Positions 61,484 through 64,000 of a DNA stretch of 64,000 nt are shown one piece after another. Numbering within the stretch: the stretch's first letter is position 1; every line of letters starts with the position of its first letter. The translations under genes and the position numbers were made by a program. Source of the stretch: Gemmatimonadales bacterium (GTDB taxonomy: Bacteria; Gemmatimonadota; Gemmatimonadetes; Gemmatimonadales; GWC2-71-9); contig OZ252244.1 in NCBI GenBank assembly GCA_965249575.1, forward strand, positions 864,001 to 928,000, written 5' to 3'. Below the pieces are notes generated by a model. That model was not told where the DNA came from. It made no database searches and saw only the letters and a program-made list of their open reading frames with translations.

Positions 61484-61841
61484 ATGGCTGGCAAGCGACC
61501 GGTAGGTAAGCACTTATCCAAAAAGCGCGGAGCGGCCCGCAGTGGCTGATCGGGACTTGACGGCACTCGGGCGCCCTCCGACTGCCCATTGGGCGGAAGG
61601 GTCGCCGTGGTCGCGGGAGTCGCCGCTCTTCATCGGGCGGGTCGCCGCCCTGGCGCGGGATCCCGCCGTGCTCTCGCGCACCGGCGATATCACGAGGTCA
61701 TGGGAACTGGCACGCGAGTATGGGGAAGCACTCACGGAAATCCTGCCGTCATTGGGGTTCATCGAGGAGGGCCTGCGACGTCAGGTGGAGTGGCTCGATA
61801 TCATGTCCGGGCGCGCGAGGACACACTTGAATCGCGATTAG
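61484..61841 (+). pseudogene. Short-chain dehydrogenase remnant
   Basis: GGAGG RBS; TGA at 61547-61549; LGGRVAVVAG joined out of frame to ESPLFIGRVAALARDP...SWELAREYG. Confidence 0.7.
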
Positions 61842-61987
61842 CGAGTGGCGAGTGGTGCCCTAGGCGGATGGTGCGAGACCTGGGTAGTCTATTCCCTCCA
61901 GCTCCCGGAGAATATGGGGCGGGTGCATTTCGAAAGCGTTCTTGTGCCCCTGCATGTACCCGAAGCTGCACTTTTGAACGATCCGCT

Positions 61988-62569
61988 CTATTTCGGCGTT
62001 TGCGAGCGCACCACTCGATGATCCGCCGTCTCGTCGCCTCCGGCACGTCCCCTATACCGGTCGGCCGAGCCTCTGCGAAAGAGCTGGGCGTCAATCGCGA
62101 GCCACGGTGAGATCGCATACAGCGTGCTGTCCGACTCGACCAGATCACCTTCACCGCAGAGCAGGACTTGATAGACGACGTGCTGCATCCACGTCGTACC
62201 GCATTTCATCTGCGTCGCAACGAACACGTCTTCCGGCTGGGCTTCGTACCGATCGGCCCGCTCGAAGCTTTCTTTGCTACACGTACCCCTGGGACCCGCG
62301 ATCCCTCGGTGGCGAAAACTCGCTTTCTGGAAGGTGAAGCGCGACAAGAGTCCCGTGAGGCGGATGATCGGCCACAGCCGCCAGGCGTGACGCCTGAGTG
62401 TCCGCTTGAACCGGTCCCGCTCGGCCAACGGAAGACCGTAGTATGCTACCCCTCTGGTCTTCTGATCCTCCCAGACGAGCACGGCAGACAGGTAGAAGAG
62501 TTGGAGAGCGAGGAATGCGAGCACTCCGCCTGCGATGACGGCAATCCACGTCGTGGCCGACCAGCTCAT
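61988..62569 (-). pseudogene. Membrane-anchored sulfotransferase with internal deletion
   Basis: N-terminal TM; DVFVATQMKCGTTWMQ (5'-PSB); stops at SPWL and resumes at LFRRG; central RDP motif absent. Confidence 0.7.
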
Positions 62570-62711
62570 CTGCGATCGTGGGACAGGTAGAATTGGGGGA
62601 TACGGTGAATCAATGCCTCGCTCCGGATGCAAGAAAACGTATCCAAAGGTAGCCAGCCGCCCAGTCTCCTCGCACGTCGCATTTTCGACTACGATACGAT
62701 CTGTTGAAATA

Positions 62712-62840
62712 GTGGCTCAGGACCGTTGGAAGCGCGTGGAAGAGATCCTCCACGCCGCGCTCGACCAGGGATCGGCACGTGCGGAGTTCGTGGAGCGGGC
62801 CGCGGCCGGCGATGCGAGGCTTGAGCGCGAAGTCCGGAGT
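62712..62840 (+). pseudogene. N-terminal stub of a second Ser/Thr kinase
   Basis: DRWKRVEEILHAALD...RAEFVERAAAGDARLEREVRS mirrors ERWRRVDRLFEAVLD...DPGLKREIEK at the start of 57182-59101; no kinase domain follows. Confidence 0.7.
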
Positions 62841-62988
62841 TCGTATCGATGCTCACTGCCAATCACATCCCGCTGGAGCACGAGCCAGCGTGGAACCAAT
62901 TCCCCGCGCCGATTTATCGTTTCACGGGGCTTCGGCAGGAGACCCAGCACTTGTGTCAGCGGTACGGATTTCAAACGTGGCGGTGGGC

Positions 62989-64000
62989 TCAGAGTGGTAG
63001 CAGGCGCGGAAGATCGGCGCGCAGCTTCTCCGCGACCATTCGGTGTCCAAACGATGTCAGGTGCACGAAGTCCCACCACACGAATCCCGCGTCTCTCCGC
63101 TGCGCGAGATGCTCGTGCAGGTCGATGACCGGCACCCGGTGCCTCGCACCCACCATGCGAATCATCTCGTGCTTGACGGCGAGGTCGCCATGGGGACTGT
63201 CGGTGAAGCGTCGCTCGATCGAATTGGGTTCGAGTATCAGAACGGCTGGTATGCCCTCGACGGTCAACAGACCAACCATCTCGTCCAGATTGTCCCGGAA
63301 GGCATTCGCATCCAGGTCATTGTTCGCGAGGCTCACCACGACGGCCTGTGGGTGGAACGCCAGCAGGTCTGCCCGTAGGAATCTGAGAACGTCTTCCGCA
63401 AGCTGGCCCGACACGGCGGCGTTCACACACTCGAACCGGCGACCGCCCCCGTCGGCGTTGAGCAGGTGCTCCAATTCACGGACCCAGACTTGGTTCTCGG
63501 TGCTCGCTCCCGCACCCCATGTCTGCGACGAGCCGAGGAAGAGAATTCGATAGAGACTGTCTCCCGGCTCCGCTCGGTACGTGGCTCGTAGATCGTCCAG
63601 TACCTCCGCCCGCGTATACCCCACCCAGTATTCCTCGAACTGCTTCATCGTGTAGTCGACGGTCGGATAGTCCTTGCTCGAACGTACTGCACTACGTACG
63701 CACCGCCGGCAAGGGGGATTAGCAACGTGTAGCCGAGCGCCATCCCCATACCCAAATGTCGCGGCCGGACCGAAGACACCCGAACCGCGGCCAGCGCGAC
63801 CAGTAGGCCGGCTGAGACGAGGATGCCGAATGCCATTACCGCGGCGGGAGTCCCCGCGCGCGTATTGGTGAACGTCTCCTCGAAGGAGCGGCCGTCCGCA
63901 AAGCGAAGTACGACGTCGTCGATCCACGCGTTCCGCTGCCCACCGCGAAAGCCGATGCTCTGCGGACCGGGCTCGCGATGGAACGTTCCAACTCGCACAT
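62989..64000 (-). CDS. SGNH/GDSL hydrolase with TM segments; runs off the window; frameshift near 63678
   Basis: ILFLGSSQTWG, NAAVSG, LANND, DFVHLT. Confidence 0.8.
   Translation of the reverse strand, partial: CASWNVPSRARSAEHRLSRWAAERVDRRRRTSLCGRPLLRGDVHQYARGDSRRGNGIRHPRLSRPTGRAGRGSGVFGPAATFGYGDGARLHVANPPCRRCVRSAVRSSKDYPTVDYTMKQFEEYWVGYTRAEVLDDLRATYRAEPGDSLYRILFLGSSQTWGAGASTENQVWVRELEHLLNADGGGRRFECVNAAVSGQLAEDVLRFLRADLLAFHPQAVVVSLANNDLDANAFRDNLDEMVGLLTVEGIPAVLILEPNSIERRFTDSPHGDLAVKHEMIRMVGARHRVPVIDLHEHLAQRRDAGFVWWDFVHLTSFGHRMVAEKLRADLPRLLPL

Noticed and set aside
313..63998. Many long overlapping or antisense ORFs in the track (e.g. 313-954, 4637-5656, 15769-17157, 33359-34357, 53100-54614, 58304-59467)
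   Set aside because: They lie opposite or across genes with clear family motifs and have low-information composition, as expected for shadow ORFs in high-GC DNA.

Overview
High-GC bacterial chromosomal window. The gene repertoire (TIGR02999-type ECF sigma, Ser/Thr kinases with TPRs, LVIVD proteins, DUF4159, Ig-domain lipoproteins) suggests Gemmatimonadota or similar; this is an inference. It opens with two tRNA-Glu genes, followed by an accessory mosaic: a CPA1 Na+/H+ antiporter with a cNMP-binding domain, hydrolases, a CUT1 sugar ABC transporter, an SSS symporter, a DAACS symporter divergent from an acyl-CoA ligase/aminotransferase/2x CocE operon, a Tat-exported SelA-like PLP enzyme with a TctC-TctB fusion, TctA, exported RidA and AKR, a sulfite oxidase plus cytochrome c, glycosyltransferases and a flippase, a five-gene sarcosine-oxidase-like operon, a large Ig/beta-helix surface lipoprotein, and an ECF/kinase locus enclosing two paralogous micro-lipoproteins. 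About a third of the genes carry frameshifts, in-frame stops or internal deletions, and orphan gene fragments sit between intact modules. This is either real genome decay or partly long-read/assembly error; the sequence alone cannot settle it. No CRISPR array, integrase, transposase or rRNA was recognised. The best candidates for undescribed biology are (1) the twin micro-lipoproteins, each preceded by the same TGGC-N19-CGCA motif, between an ECF sigma and a kinase (59191-60194), and (2) the putative periplasmic PLP-enzyme/RidA/TTT pathway (24751-30439). All family calls come from motif recognition by eye, not database searches.
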